Positions 39,631 through 53,269 of a stretch of DNA of 64,000 nt are shown piece by piece. The notes below the pieces were generated by a model, which did no database searches, had not been told where the DNA came from, and saw only the letters and a list, made by a program, of their open reading frames with translations. Both the position numbers and the translations under genes were made by a program. The stretch's first letter is position 1; each line of letters starts with the position of its first letter. Origin of the DNA: Sphyrna mokarran (taxonomy: Eukaryota); assembly GCA_024679065.1 (NCBI GenBank), contig JAGIQG010000008.1, positions 27,156,001 to 27,220,000 on the forward strand, in the 5' to 3' direction.

Positions 39631-41819
39631 TCTTGCGTGGAGATGATCGAGGTTATTGAGTTTCAAAGAGTTCTTATTGAATAAATAGGCACTGAATGAA
39701 AGGTAAAGTATTTTTGATTCTTTGAAAAGGATAAAGAATAGATCGAAAATTCTATCTGCTGTTAGGACATAGAATGAAGAAACAGGAAGACAGGATGAGA
39801 AGAAGAGAAATACTTAAAATTCAAATATAATTTTCATATTATTTTTAGATAGGGTAAAAATTACAATAGTAAAGTTAATCCTGACATGCAAGTTACTTTG
39901 TGACTATAAAAATAAGTTGCCAAATACCTAATCTTATTGGTTCGAAGTTTTTAAGGTACATGCAATGTTCCATTGTAGAAAATCCTATTCAATGTAACTG
40001 TCAGCAGCCTTTTGTAGTATAAAAATAATGGGTGCCTGGAACTCTGAGCCACTGGCTGTGTTTGCTGGGATTTTCTTTTTAGAAGGAATTTGTTGTAACT
40101 TGATGTTAGATAGGAAGGTAATTTCTGATTCTTGTCTTGTGCACATGAAACCACGTGATGAATCCTGATTAACTTGTTTACCACATTTATATCTTGTGAA
40201 TCATTTTCTAATATTTATCTCCAGGCTTCTCAATGATAGTGGAACCAAATCACCCAACAAGTGGCCTAAAACTCACTGTAAAGGTCAAACTGATTCCTAA
40301 TTAGTAATACACCTGATTCTCCGGGATCAACTAAAAATGTTTCGTCATTTTATCATAAAGGGTGATATTGCTCTGGAACAGTTGGGTTTCCACATCAATG
40401 GAAGTGCTTTCTCTTTCAAAGGAATTAAGGGATAAAAGTCAGAATGTGTTGTTGTTCCTTAGTCCTTATGGTATTTTTTCGGTGCATTCAAGTTAATAAA
40501 AAAGCTCTGTAAGGGGTGGCTTATATAGTTTGCTCGAAACTTTTCACTTGATATATTGTTTCATTTCAAGAGAGTGAAATAGCAAATCAGATCCTGGAGT
40601 GGAAATTTTAGGTGGAGGCAATTTTAAGTATTGCTTAAAAGACTTGCATTTATATAGCACTCTTCATGATTTCATGACCATCCAAACTGCTTCAAAACCA
40701 ATGGAAATCATTGGGCGTGATCTTACTAAACAAAGTGCCCAATGAGCAAGAAAACAGGGAAGTTTCAGCCCGAGCTTGCTGGGGAAGCCAGCTGTTCAGC
40801 TCTTGGGGTGACATTGTGCAGGCGCCCCAATCTCCCGGTATACTAGGAAATTTCCTGCCACATCCCCCATCCGGTCCATGCACACTGAGACTCCCACGCT
40901 AATCGCCCTGTGCTGGTCACTCACCCCAACTTTGGTGAGACAAGGTGATAAGATTGGGTGGGATGAGGTTGTAAGATCAGATTGTTGCAATGCACAAAAC
41001 ACAGCAGCTGATTCGTGCAAAGCAAGTTGACCACAGACAGCAATGAACCTAATGACCAGATCATTTGTTTTAAGCTTCGAATGCAGGATAAATTTTAATC
41101 ATGACACAGAGAATGCTGAATACTGCCTGGGATCTCTGGGGGGTACATGAGGGGAACTTAGTGAGGGCAGGTAGCACTTTAGCTGAGGCCATAGTTAGAA
41201 TAAAACTCTGTAGTGCAGAGAGTAGGCCTCACTCCCATCCATTCTCCTGTGCACTGGAAGGCTATTCTGCCTCTGGCTGAGTGCCAGAAGAGGAAAGTGG
41301 TCTTTATTTGGCCATTTAGCAGCTCAATCGAGCTTTGAACAGGTCGCTAACCTGCCACCTTTTCTGCCACTGGCAAGGTGGTTTGCTAATGAGAAAACGA
41401 TGGGAACTCTACTAGCTGCCTTCCCTCTTCATTTTACAGGCTCTCAGCTTATCCCGAGAGGGTTGGTAAAAGCCAGCCTTTTGTGTTCACTTAATAAAAA
41501 ATCTTAAGTTTTGTAATTGATTTTAAAGTGTCGATAAATTTGAGAGGTTGAAAGAGGTATATGGGAATCATACATAAATTCCAATGTATAGGTCACCACA
41601 ATTATGTTTATTACTTAGGCCTGGTCAGAAATTGAAGGATCCAGATATTAGATTCTAAGATGAATGATTTGCAGAAGAAGTCAATTCAAGCCAGAAGCCA
41701 CAATTTAAAAGCCCAAATTGCGACAGAGAATTTGATTCAAAGTCACATGCAAGCCTAAGCCCTGTGTTTGCTGGCCACTATGATTTAACATCAGGGCACC
41801 ATACTCTGACAACGGAAGC

Positions 41820-43940
41820 TGAAACTAAGGGTGAAGTTTTCTCCGATATCGGCAAACACTGATGCTGGGTGGGAAAAGCAGCATTCAGCCTGCCAATGGC
41901 AATGGAGGCTTTTCACGTTTTTCATTTAGTGTGGCACTTACTGCCAAATACTCTCCAGAGCAGGTTCCATGCTGTATCGCTGGTGGGCAGTCTCTAATTC
42001 ACCCATCCCATCGTCATCTCAGAACTTTAATGTTTGCCCACATTTAAAGCCGATCCCAGTGCATAGCAGCCACACTTCACAGGTTGTCTGGAAGTGATGG
42101 CTGCCAGGAAATGTGCCTCAAAGTTCTTCGACTCTTCCCTGGAGAGCCTGCTGTGGAGGCCCACCATTATATCATCCATCCATCCTCTGGACAGGAACCT
42201 AGCAGCAAAGTTATTCACCCAGTGTGGGAGGCAGTGGCAACAAGAGTGCCCAATCTATTCCAGCAATGATTGCCATCCAGTGCTGGAGGAAGATGAATGA
42301 TCTCCTCTGATGAATCAGGGCAAGTCATTCTTCTCATCATTCTCAACTCACCACTCACAGACTCATCACACATCTACAGAGATCTCAGTCAATGCAATGC
42401 CACTCACTCTCCTACACTCAGCTTCAACTCCCTTGAGGAGCATGTTCTCTCCCATCTGCGGCTACACTCATTACCAGAACATGCCATGCATCCTTATCAA
42501 CAGGCCTGGCAGGTGTCCTGCTTACACTCTGTCTGTCTTCATGCAGGACAAGCTGACATAACAAGAGGGAAGATCCCAGACTGCTGATGGGATGGAAGCA
42601 CATTTGGGAAGCAGCCTTGAAGGGTCTACCAGCCAATTCCTGGAGCCAGCACTGACAATGCTTTTTCATAGCCCTCAATGGGAGATCCGTCACAGCATTC
42701 ACCCACACCCTTCATTAATGTTGAGACACACACCTTGGGGCAGCCTGAAAGTAACAATCTGGTGATCACAACACAATGTCCGATCCACAGCAGGAGGAGG
42801 CAGGGACATCCCAGCATGCTGGCACTCTGTGGATTGCTGAGGTCAGGAATCTGCTGAGTCCAACTCAGATGAGGAGCCTCTGGTCTCAAAAGTTTTGCTT
42901 CAGCTGCTGAAGCTCCAAAAACAAGCTTGGCAAAATCAGGAAGAGATGTCTGCTCCATTGCTTGGACTGAAAGGCTGCTTTGGTGAAGTCTGTCCACCTT
43001 CAGTCTGAGGTGATAGTAGTGATAGGTCAATGCACTGAGGTCAACACTGGTAGGGTGATGGCTACAGTAGAATCTTTGGAGCAAGGTTTTAGTCCTGTGT
43101 TGCAGCAGGCCATGCACCTCATGGTACAGGCACTTGTTGACAACCATCAGTACCAATGTCAGAGGATGGCAGGGCTTCTGGAGCTTATTCAACAATCTCC
43201 CTCTGCCAAAGAGGAAGCCAGAGACCCTTGGGCACCCACAGGGAGAGGGTCAGCTGGTACATATCTCAGGGCCATGCACTCAGGTGGCTCCATGAATTTC
43301 TTGCCCATCCGAATCCCCTCCTGTGATCCTATCGGCTCCAGCTCCACAGGCCAAGGAAGGTGGTACTACTACACAGCAGAACCGAGAAAGCAGGCTAGGG
43401 TGCCCCAAGTCCCAAATCTCCAGTGGATATCTGCCAAGGTTGTTACAGACAACAGGGTGTAGCAGACAGCCTCCACCTCCGTTATTAGTATAATCATATC
43501 TTTCATTCCCAGAGGGAAAAAAATAGTAAAACCAGGAAATAAGAATATTGATCTGAACACTGATTTTCCTTCTGGGTTATGATATTTTATCTGATTTAAG
43601 TCTGTTGTGATTAATAAAGATCTTTCTTCTCAGTAAATGCAAGGCACAACTACCTGATTTTACTGACACTTCTACATTTGCTGTGGCTTCACTAGATTAG
43701 CACTGAAAAGAATGCCACCATTGCAAAAAAAAATGCACAATTTTCCTGCATCCAATGGCATGCAGGTTGGCATAGAGGGGAGAAGAATTGAATGAGGCCT
43801 AATATCAGATGCAGGCATGCACTGAGAAGTACAATTTTCCTGTGCCCGGTCCTATTGAGGCAGGCACTGTGCAACCTGTATGCCACCTGCTCCTCAACAG
43901 GATTGTAGTGTGCAAGGAGTGGAGTGAAACAGGCTGTATA
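41820..43940 (+). mobile_element. Second fossil Harbinger-like element (Myb/SANT gene on +, possible transposase scrap on -)
   Basis: Frameshifted MAARKCASKFFDSSLESLL/AVEAHHYIIHPSSGQEPSSKVIHPVWEAVATRV resembles Harbinger/NAIF1-type SANT N-termini. Confidence 0.6.
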
Positions 43941-43949
43941 TTCATTAGA

Positions 43950-44596
43950 GTCACAGATGGACAAAGTGGTGAAGAAGGTATTTGGTTTCGTTGGTCAGAA
44001 TATTAAAAATAGTTGTTGGAACGTCTTGTTGAAGTTCTATAAGACACTGGTAAGGCCACACTTGATATACTATGTACAGTTCTGGTCACCCCTATTTCAG
44101 AAAGAATATTATTACACTAGAAAGAGTGCTGAAAAGATTTACTAGGATGCTATTGAGACTTGATGGTTTGAGTTATAAGGAGAGGCTGGATAGACTGGGA
44201 CATTATTTCCTTTAGAGTGTAGGAGGCTTTGAGGTGATCTTATAGAGGTCTATAAAATAATGGGGGGGGCATAGATCAGCTGGCTGGTCAGCATCTTTTC
44301 TCAAAGGTAGAGAGATTAAAATTAGACGGCAGGCTTAGAGGGGAGAGATACAAAAGGGGCAATTTTTTCATGCAGAGGGTGGTTAGTGTCTGGAGCAAGC
44401 TGCCAGAGATAATGAGGCGCGTACAATTTTGTCTTTTAAAAAGCATTTAGTCAGTTACATGGTTAAGATGGGTATAGACAGATATGGTCCAAAACTGGGC
44501 AATTGGGACTAGCTTAGTGATTTAAAAAAAAAACGGTGGCACAGACAAGTTGGGGTGAAGAGCCTGTTTCATGCTGTAAACCTCTATGACTCTATG
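43950..44596 (+). mobile_element. CR1 LINE 3' fragment
   Basis: ORF 43924..44145 FYKTLVRPHLIYYVQFWSP; tail gctgtaaacctctatgactctatga. Confidence 0.92.
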
Positions 44597-45167
44597 AAAC
44601 TCTGGTCTGTGCATGGTTAGCACAACACTGATCCTGCACATCTTACAGGCAGCCTGCCTCTACTAAAGGGCAGCTGAACTCAGGCTACAGGAGCTTCTGT
44701 GTTGATGCCAGGGCAATGCTGGAAGGAAGGAAACAGAAGATGGAGTAAACAGCCAGAAAGTATTGCAGGGATAGGAGGGGAGGTATTGGGTGGGTAGAAC
44801 TCCAAGCAGATATAGCATCATTGCTCAACCATCATAATCAGAATTCATGCCTAACACCTAGATACTCCATCTCGCCCTCGGACAGTGACTGTGACTGCAT
44901 GTTTTGTACCCGCCTCACACTGCTTTTGCATACCTCAAGTTTTCAGCCGTGGCCACTGCATCACCCAGACACACTGCAAAGCACTCATGACCATTTGTCA
45001 CTAATTATTGGACAAGTTGGCACAAAACTCCAGGGAGCGGCAAAAAACTAACTGGAGACAGGCATGCCCACACTTCCTGAAGGAGGAGGCAGTGCCTCAG
45101 TCACAGGGCTGGCTTGACTGAGGTCATTACATCAGGTGACAGAGAACATTCAGAAGGAAGTTTATTC

Positions 45168-45492
45168 AAAGTTTTAAAGTTTATTTGTTAGTGTCACAAG
45201 TAGGTTACATGAACACTGCAACAAAATTATTGTGAAAATCCTCTAGTCACCACGCTCCGGCACAAATTCAGATACACTGAGGAAGAATTTAACATGGCCA
45301 ATGTATCTAACTTGCATATCTTTTGGACTATGGGAGGAAATTGGAGCATCTGGAGGAAACCCACATAGACACGGGGAGAATGTACAAACTCCACACATTG
45401 TTGTGTTGGGACAATGACTAGTGTTGGGATTCAAACCCGGATCCCTAACACTGTGAGGCAGCAGTGCAAATCACTGTGCCACCATATCGTCC
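45168..45492 (-). mobile_element. V-SINE (alternative tail), minus orientation
   Basis: Reverse complement of the 13922-14222 type. Confidence 0.85.
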
Positions 45493-45572
45493 CGATTGGA
45501 TGGAATATAGGACGTTTCTGCCTGTACCTTGTGAAATTTCACCACTGCCATCCTGGCCATCTGAGACAAAGT

Positions 45573-45860
45573 GGAACACTGTAAGGAGTCTCACAACACC
45601 AGGTTGAAGTCCAACCATTTTATTTGATGGTAAACCTGCAAGCTTTCGGGATTTGCCCATTCGTCAGGTGAGTGGTGAGTTCTGGTCTCAAACCAAAGAC
45701 CAGAACCAAGTTTGAAATTAAAATTCTCCACTCAACTGGCAAAGGGGCAAATGCCGAAAGCTTGTGGGTTTACTATCAAATGAACTGGGTGGATTTTAAC
45801 CTGGTATTGTGATTCTTCTTACTGTGTTTACCCCAGTCCAACGCCAGCATCTCCACATCC
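45573..45860. mobile_element. Penelope-like terminal sequence with inverted duplication
   Basis: 45573-45676 is inverted relative to about 45728-45830; ends ccagtccaacgccagcatctccacatc. Confidence 0.72.
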
Positions 45861-46164
45861 TGAAGTGGGACTGCAGGTAACCACTGCCCTATCCCTCCCA
45901 TTATGCTTTTCTCCTTTAAAATAGCTGGCCAACATCACTGTGAAGAATAACATCTAACCCCGGGCAAAGAGGCATCATCATTTGATTTGAAAGTCACAGG
46001 GTGCAGAAGCTTTGACAGTAACTGGCCAGCTTGTATCTCAGATAATAACATAGAGCTGAGATCAGCATGTAGTGAGCCCCGGGCATGAGTGGTTTGCAGC
46101 CAAGCCAGGGTGATAATAAATGCACCAGCTCACTGAAGAGCGAGGTTGCAGGCAAATTCAGATG

Positions 46165-46465
46165 AGGCAGCATGTGATTAGCACTGCTGTCTCACAATGC
46201 CAGAGACCCAGCTTGGATGACCATCTGTGTAGAATTTGCACATTCTCCCTGTGTCTGCATGGGTTTCCTCCAGGTGGTCCAGTTTTCTCCCATACTCCAA
46301 AGATGTGTGGGGTAGGTGAATTGGTCATGCTAAATTGCCCTTAATGTCAGGGGGACTAGCTTGCGTAAATGTATAGGATCATGGGGATAGGACCTGGGTG
46401 GGATTGTGGTCAGTGCAAATTCAATGGGCTGAATGGCCTCCTTCTACACTGTAGTAATTCTTTGG
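46165..46465 (+). mobile_element. HE1/V-SINE-like element
   Basis: Core and tail as in other copies. Confidence 0.83.
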
Positions 46466-46859
46466 ATATGGACTTGGATGGGGCGGCTGTGCACATGCAG
46501 ATAGATATTTAGTGCATTGCTAAAATCAGCCACAGAGCCTGTTATTGACAGGATTCATAAGTAGTCTGAATCCAACTTGGCAAACGGTTTCATGCAGAGA
46601 TGAAACCCATTTTTTTACTTCATTTTTACTGCAGTTACTGGAAGTAACTGGTGAAGTTAATGACAGCACATGTGGCTCTAACCGTGATACGGAGTGATTG
46701 CAAGTAATTCTTAGCTTCGCTGCAGAAGAGGCAGCAGACAGCAATCATGAGACGTTGCTTGTTGATACGTAAACAGTTTGGTGTTGTGCAGGTTCAAACT
46801 GCTGCCATGATGGTTGCATATACTCATGTTCAAAGATGTTGGCAAACTCTTGCACATTA

Positions 46860-46995
46860 CTGATCAATAATGGGTCAGGGGTTATGAGGAAAAGGCAGAA
46901 GAATGGGGATGAGGAAAATAACAGCCATGATTGAATGGCAGAGCAGACTCAATAGACTGTGTGGCCTAATTCTGCTCCAATGTCTTATGGTCGTC
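46860..46995 (+). mobile_element. CR1 LINE 3' UTR fragment
   Basis: cagccatgattgaatggcagagcagactc...ggcctaattctgctcc..tgtcttatggtc terminal motif. Confidence 0.75.
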
Positions 46996-48911
46996 ACTAT
47001 AATTGCTGCGATGTCTGTCCAGGGAAGTGGCAGTGGCTCTAGCTTGTTGCTCCAAACTGATGTCCTCCCTGAGGATAACAGCATTTGTGCTTCAACTACG
47101 GTCACTCGGTCTGTGCCCTTACTGTTTCCAGCTCCAGATTTCTGCTGCCTGTACTGAGATGGAGCTGTCCAAAACCAGGCCCACGAAACTCAGAGCTGTC
47201 CTTCAGGGCCATCAGCAGTCTTCGCCACTGAATGCCAACAAGCCGGGGTAGCACTGCGAGTCAGTCACATAAGGTGAATGATACTTTTTTAAAAAATATA
47301 TTATTGGAAGAATTGTTGGACAAAATTATTATGGATTGTTGGTGGTCTCTATTCCAGAATTTCAGCTGTGACTGTAGTGGAAAGTTGAAAGGTTGGGAAT
47401 TGTACAGCAACTATGATGTGAGAAAGAGTCTCAGGGGAATTAGAATTTGAGCGTCTGCTTACAGACAATGCAGCCATGATGAAGGAGTCCCAGACACTTC
47501 CTTCCTTCCTCTTCTTTCTTCTCCTCCTACTTCTGAGTTGTTATCTAAAAACTAGGTGATCAGGACTGAGTCCTCTTGATTGTAAAATTATGGAGGATAC
47601 AGCAGATCACCAGGAGCCTGGAGACATGCTCCAGCTAATACTGAAAGGTGGCCTCATAGTGGTCCAGGCAGTGGAAGCATTGCTTCAAGGTACTGATGGT
47701 TTGTTCCATGATACTCCTTCTCTTGTTGTAGTGTACTGCCCCTGCACTATCAGGTGGCACAGCAGGAATCACTCATGTTGTCAGCTTCTAGTTCTTGGTG
47801 GTGAACCAAAGTTGGTGAACTAACACTCCCTGCTCCCACTGATCGATTGATGTAAGAACTGAGAGTGTTGGTGACAAGTCACTGTCAATGCTATCGTCTT
47901 CCCTGCTGTGCAGTTGTAGGTCCAGTTACTGAAACTGGCTCTGTTCAGTCACTATGTCCTTAGTGAAATGTAGGGGCTTCAGAAATAGCTCAGGTGAGGT
48001 AGAAGTGGGGAGGGTCTACTACTGAGAGCTCTGCTCCTCTCCCCCTCTGCAGAGCTTCCTTCTCTCAGCCTCCTCTGCTCCATTTCCAAATCATGTTGCA
48101 GCCCAAGAGGAAATGAAACCATAGATTCCGTTACTGAAGCAGATTTTCCCCTGATAGGCCACTCAAAAACCACTGAGCTCCCTGTCAAAGTCCAGCTCCA
48201 CTCCTTTGCGAAACCAAGAAGTTTCTAAAACTTTTCCAGTAACACTCAGCACAGTACTTTACACAGTCTACGCATCAGCAAAACAAAGTCAAAAGCACAT
48301 GGCCTTAAGGTTGCATGATTTGATCTTGGAATAATGTTAATGCAAATTCCCTCCGAAAACAGAACACATGTTCAACTGGGAGTGATTAACTTGACGTGCA
48401 CAGTTCAAAATGGCAACTTGTGCACCAAATTGACATCAGGTTCCTCTGATGAAAGAAAACCACAAACCTGAACCATTAACTCAGTTTTTCTTTCCACAGA
48501 TGCAACCAGATGTGCTGCATATTTGAAGCATTTTCTGCTTTTATTTCATATTAACGTTGGTAGCTGCTTTGGCAGCATAGTTTGTCTGTCCATTCTGAAT
48601 GTTTCCAGTGCATGCATAGCACATCTGTACTAGCCTCTGAATAGTCAGGGCATGCTGTGTGGAACATGCAGTAAATGATTCCAGCTGAAATCTTTTCAGT
48701 TTCAGGCTTTGGTCAAACCAATGCATAAAGTGAGATAGAGCTGAATTTCATGGCTGGAGTCTTTACAGTCGAACTATAATAATAATGTCCAGTCTCTGTC
48801 CATTTGCACTCTGGTTGCTGGTTTGATTTGGTGTGCAGAGCCTGGTGCAACTGGATAAACTTGGAGGCATGGAGGACTGGACTGGATCACCCATATCTGA
48901 TTACCACTGGT

Positions 48912-49130
48912 TGACAGTGATGGTAAGAACTCAGTAAGAATTTAGCAACACCAATTTATAATACAACCGATTTATTTGATAGTAAAAAAGCGAGCTTTCA
49001 ACACTCTGTGTCTTCCTCAGGCAAATCTGCAAATAAATCGGTTGGATTATAAATTGGTGTTGCTAAATTCTTACTGAGTTCTTACCACCCCAATCCAACG
49101 CCGGCATCTGTACATCATGACAGTGATGGT
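48912..49130. mobile_element. Penelope-like short insertion with 58-bp inverted arms and 13-bp flanking direct repeat
   Basis: Arms 48921-48978 and 49030-49087 (1 mismatch); tgacagtgatggt at 48912-48924 and 49118-49130. Confidence 0.8.
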
Positions 49131-49299
49131 GGCAGCAGCAACGGTTGGCAGAGAAAACGAACAGCAGAAAAGAAGGTGTTTGGGGAGGATTTTGGATAAC
49201 AGGAGTGGGGGCAGGGAGTGCATAGGAGTCATAGGGACATAGCACAGAAATGGGGTTTAGTCAGCATGGAGGTGGATAGCTTGAAAGGGTGGGGATGTA

Positions 49300-49690
49300 T
49301 GGGAGGTGGACTGCCATAGCATGATGGGAATGGAATGAGAGTGATTACCTGGAAAGTATTGGAACAATATAATGGATAGGCATGGTGAAAGCGGGAGGGA
49401 ATGGATGGTATCAAAGATATGGAATAAGAATGGCATGGGAGAAGTGGGAGGGAAGTGTGGCATGAGATGGATGGAATGACATGGGATAGAGATAGCATCA
49501 GAGCATAACATGGGAAATGGAATGGCATTGGATTAAGATAGCATGGGAAAAGATGGATGTCATGCAAGAATGACACAGAAACGTTGCAATAGCATGGGAT
49601 TGGGCATGGGAAGATTAGAATGGCATTAGATTGGGTTGGCATGAGAGTAATGGCATAGGAGTAATGATGGAATGGAATGAGAAAGAGAAG
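49300..49690 (+). repeat. Degenerate (GGAAT/GGCAT)n pentamer low-complexity repeat
   Basis: Recurring atggca/atggga/atggaa units. Confidence 0.7.
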
Positions 49691-50561
49691 ACAGCATTAG
49701 AGTTGTGGCATGAAAGTGATGGATGCAATGTCAGAATAGGTCAGATATGTTAACTTGTCTGCAAATATCATGTGGCTCTCAGCTACTGTAACATAATTGA
49801 AGATGAAAAAAGGATATTCCACACAGGAAACTGTAAAATGTGAAAGGCATTTCATATGGAGCAAGGATTTCATAATCATAATTCCACAACTGTGTCCTAA
49901 AACAATAACACAAGACTTATGATTTTGAAGGGGATAGGTAGAACCTATTAAACATTTTATTGTTGGTCTTATTTCTATTGTTTAAAGGCAAAAAGAGCAC
50001 TGGTGATGTCAGACCGAAAAGTGAGACCAGTTGCATGCTTCCTAGTAGCTGGTTCAATGTGTACAAAGATTAGGGCCTTAAAGTGGCTAACCATTGTGTC
50101 AGTAGTTTACCAGAAAATTGAGAAGAAATTAGGAAACACAAAATAATCCAATGAATGAATTACTAAAGACATTCCCAAAGTGTAAAAAGATTCCAAATAG
50201 CAATTATCCATGGAATTGCTGGCTTTTTCACAAGTGTATGTTTTTAAAAATATAATTTACTTGGATAACTTTAATTTATTCATAATGAGAGGCATTCACC
50301 AACTGAGAATGTTTTAATATTTCTCATTAAATCACATGAAATACTCATCAGCTCTCTCCATTGGTCAACATCTTAAAAATGTTTTTGCAAATACAAGGAA
50401 ATAAGCATACTAGAAAGCAGCTCCAAAAAATAGTGTTGAAGCAGTGGCCCATGGAGCTATGATGAGACTTAGCTTTGGTTCCTTGAGATGCGACACTTAA
50501 AGCATCTCTAAAGGGAGAAAGGCAAAACTTGTTTTTAGTGGAGAATCAAAGAAATGTGACA

Positions 50562-50875
50562 TGATATGGCACGGTGGTTCAGCAGCCAGTACTACTGTCT
50601 CACAGCAATAGGGACCCAGGTTCAATTCCAGCCTAGGGTGACTGTGTGGAGTTTGCATATTCTCCCCATGTCTGCGTGGGTTTCCTCCAGGTCTTCTAGT
50701 TTCCACCTATACTCCAAAGATATGCAGGTTAGATGGATTGGCCAATTAATGCTTAGTGTCAGGGGGATTAGTAAGGTAAATACATGGGATTACAGGGCTA
50801 GGGCTTGGGTGGGATTACTATCAATGCAGGCTCAATGGGCTGAAAGGTCTCCTTTTGCACCGTAGGGATTCTGTC
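50562..50875 (+). mobile_element. HE1/V-SINE-like element
   Basis: Head, core and tail as in other copies. Confidence 0.85.
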
Positions 50876-51634
50876 TGGATGCAATTAATGCCATTCCATT
50901 GTGGATTTGTGAACAAATTTCTTCATGTGCCACATGGGGATCTTGTGTTCTTTTCAAATCAGAGCAGGAAACTGTTCATTCATTTCATTAAAACAAAAAT
51001 CCACAATTTAACCCAAAACAAGTGGTGAACTGCAATACGATTCTGGAAGTGTATGCTATATGTTCATTAAAATATTGCTGGATTCTTTCAGAAAAACAGA
51101 CAACCTACTAACTTGAACATGATCATAGTCAAAATCCAATAGGAGAAAAGAACAACAAGGAATTATGAGGAGAGATGTTAAAGTAAGGCTTGTCTTACAG
51201 CTGTAACAATCTCTAAGGTAGTTACACACAGAAATATTCCTGATAACTATCTGAAAAATAATTTTAGATTTCCAAGCAATATAACAGAAATAGAAATATG
51301 TATTTGCATCCAGGAGTGATGGAGTGATGTTTCGATAATACATGGGAACTCCTGAAGTTGGGTTTTCTCCAACAAATCCACACCCCTAACCTCAAGCAGT
51401 CCACCCCAATTTTCTGCAAACCAGAAATGCATTGAAGGTGGGTTGTGTGTGTGTGTATGTGTGTATCTGTCTGTCTATGTGGGGCGGGGTTGGGGGGAGG
51501 GGTGTGGGGGTAGTAGAGATGGTTCAAGCATCAGATTTTCAGTAAATTAACCTCCCAAACCTCCCATTTTGTGGGGTTAAACTTCTCCCCATTGTCGCTA
51601 TGCACGAAGACTTTAATCTATCTGAGATATTTAC

Positions 51635-51845
51635 CTATCCCTTCTTGTCGTGAGAACTGAAGCCTGTCCGTTCATTAACGAATGGTGAGTTATTGGTGGT
51701 GATGCTTTGGAAGTGGTAGTGGAGGTAGTAGAGGAGGAATTATTGGTAGAGAGATCCAGCCCACCGTGCTTCAAAACGCCGTCTTCCATATTGTGCACCC
51801 CGGTCACTTCTTTCCAGAGCTGCTGAATCTCTGCAGGGCTTAAAC
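51635..51845 (-). CDS. FOXP2: FOXP2 exon 7 (211 nt): (G)[69 protein letters not shown](S)
   Basis: Manual translation; acceptor ttcttttccag|GT, donor AG|gtaaat. Confidence 0.96.
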
Positions 51846-52499
51846 CTGGAAAAGAAAATTACAGCACAGATACAGAAATGAATAAATAAGGGTTGCACAA
51901 GTTGGGTGCATTAGTCTATCTATTTTTCATGCCAAATGTGTATTGGTTCAACTACTTATGAACAATGACCAAATATTCACTTGAGTTGTTATGCTTTTTC
52001 TTTGCTAGCACCATTTATCATGACCTCAGCAAGCTCTTCTAATATAGCTATAAAAGTCCTTTGGGTTTTCCTGTCAAAGACTGTGAACCTACGTAATGGT
52101 GTTTTGATAACACAAGTGTGAGATTTATGGATTTCTTAACACTAGTCCAAGTTTATATCTCTGATTGAATTCCAAACAATCAGCCCTCAATGCCCAAGTT
52201 TTAAAATGCCTTGCCTGAAATTCTGAACGGAGTATCCTGACACAATGATGAAGACACATTTTAGTGGATTTCTGTCTTTACAATCTTTAAGCATCATCTG
52301 AGTGAGGTGCAAAGAGGAAAACAGATGATGATATACTTGTCACAGAGCTGTGTGACTTCAACAAAAGGAAAATCAGGCAGAACCCATTACTGGCACACCA
52401 TCTTTTCTGCTTGATTTTCCTCTCTGTCCTGCCTAAATAATGCTTAATGCTCAGTCAATAAAGATAAAAAGTTACCTCATTTTTAAAAGAAATTTTAAA

Positions 52500-53240
52500 A
52501 ACATCATTCATGGAATATGGATGTTGCTGTCAGGGTCAACATTTGTTGTTCATCCTTAATTGCTTTTAAAAAGATAGTGTTCAGATTTCTTCTTTAAGCA
52601 GTGCAATGCATCTGGGTGATGCTGTTAGGAATTCCAGGGCTCTGTTCCAGAAACGATGACGGAATGCGATATAGTTCCAAATCAGGTTGGTGTGCGACTT
52701 GGAGGGTACTCAGTTGTCAGTCTTCCCATGCTTCTTTTACTTTGTTCCTCTAGGTAGTAGAAGTTGCAGGCTTGGAAGGTGCTGGTTAAATAGCCTTGAT
52801 GAGATGCTGCAGTGCATGTTGTAAATGGTGTATACTGCTGCCAATGTGTACCAGTGGCAGAGGAACTGAATGTTTAAGGTGATGATTGAGGCTCTAATCA
52901 AGCAGGCTGTTTTGTCGTGGATACTGTTGAGCTTCCTGAGGTTGTTGAAGCTGTATTCATCCAAGCAAGTGGAGAATATTCTATTATATGCCTGATCTAT
53001 GACTTTTCTTTGGTGTACAGACTTCAGGAAGTGAAAAGGTGAGCTACTTGCCACTCAATCTCTGACTTGCTCTTGCAGTCACAGTAATTGTGTGGATGAT
53101 CCAGTTCAGTTTCTGGTCAATGATGACCCCCTAGGATGTTGACAATGGAGTATTCAGCAATACTAATGCTGTTGAGTGTCAAGGGAAAGATCAGATTTTC
53201 TCTTGCCTGGAAATGATTATCACTTAATACTTGTGTATTT
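52500..53240 (-). mobile_element. Old CR1/L2-group LINE 3' fragment
   Basis: ORF 52737..53054 LRKLNSIHDKTACLI resembles LKKLDTIQDKAARLI; tail shared with the SINE at 55185. Confidence 0.72.
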
Positions 53241-53269
53241 ATCACTTTTCACCCCCAAAATAAACAATG

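Noticed and set aside
42626-43462. Long overlapping ORFs (189 aa and 160 aa) as a nested gene
   Set aside because: Lie within a frameshifted Harbinger-like relic; no splice or promoter support.
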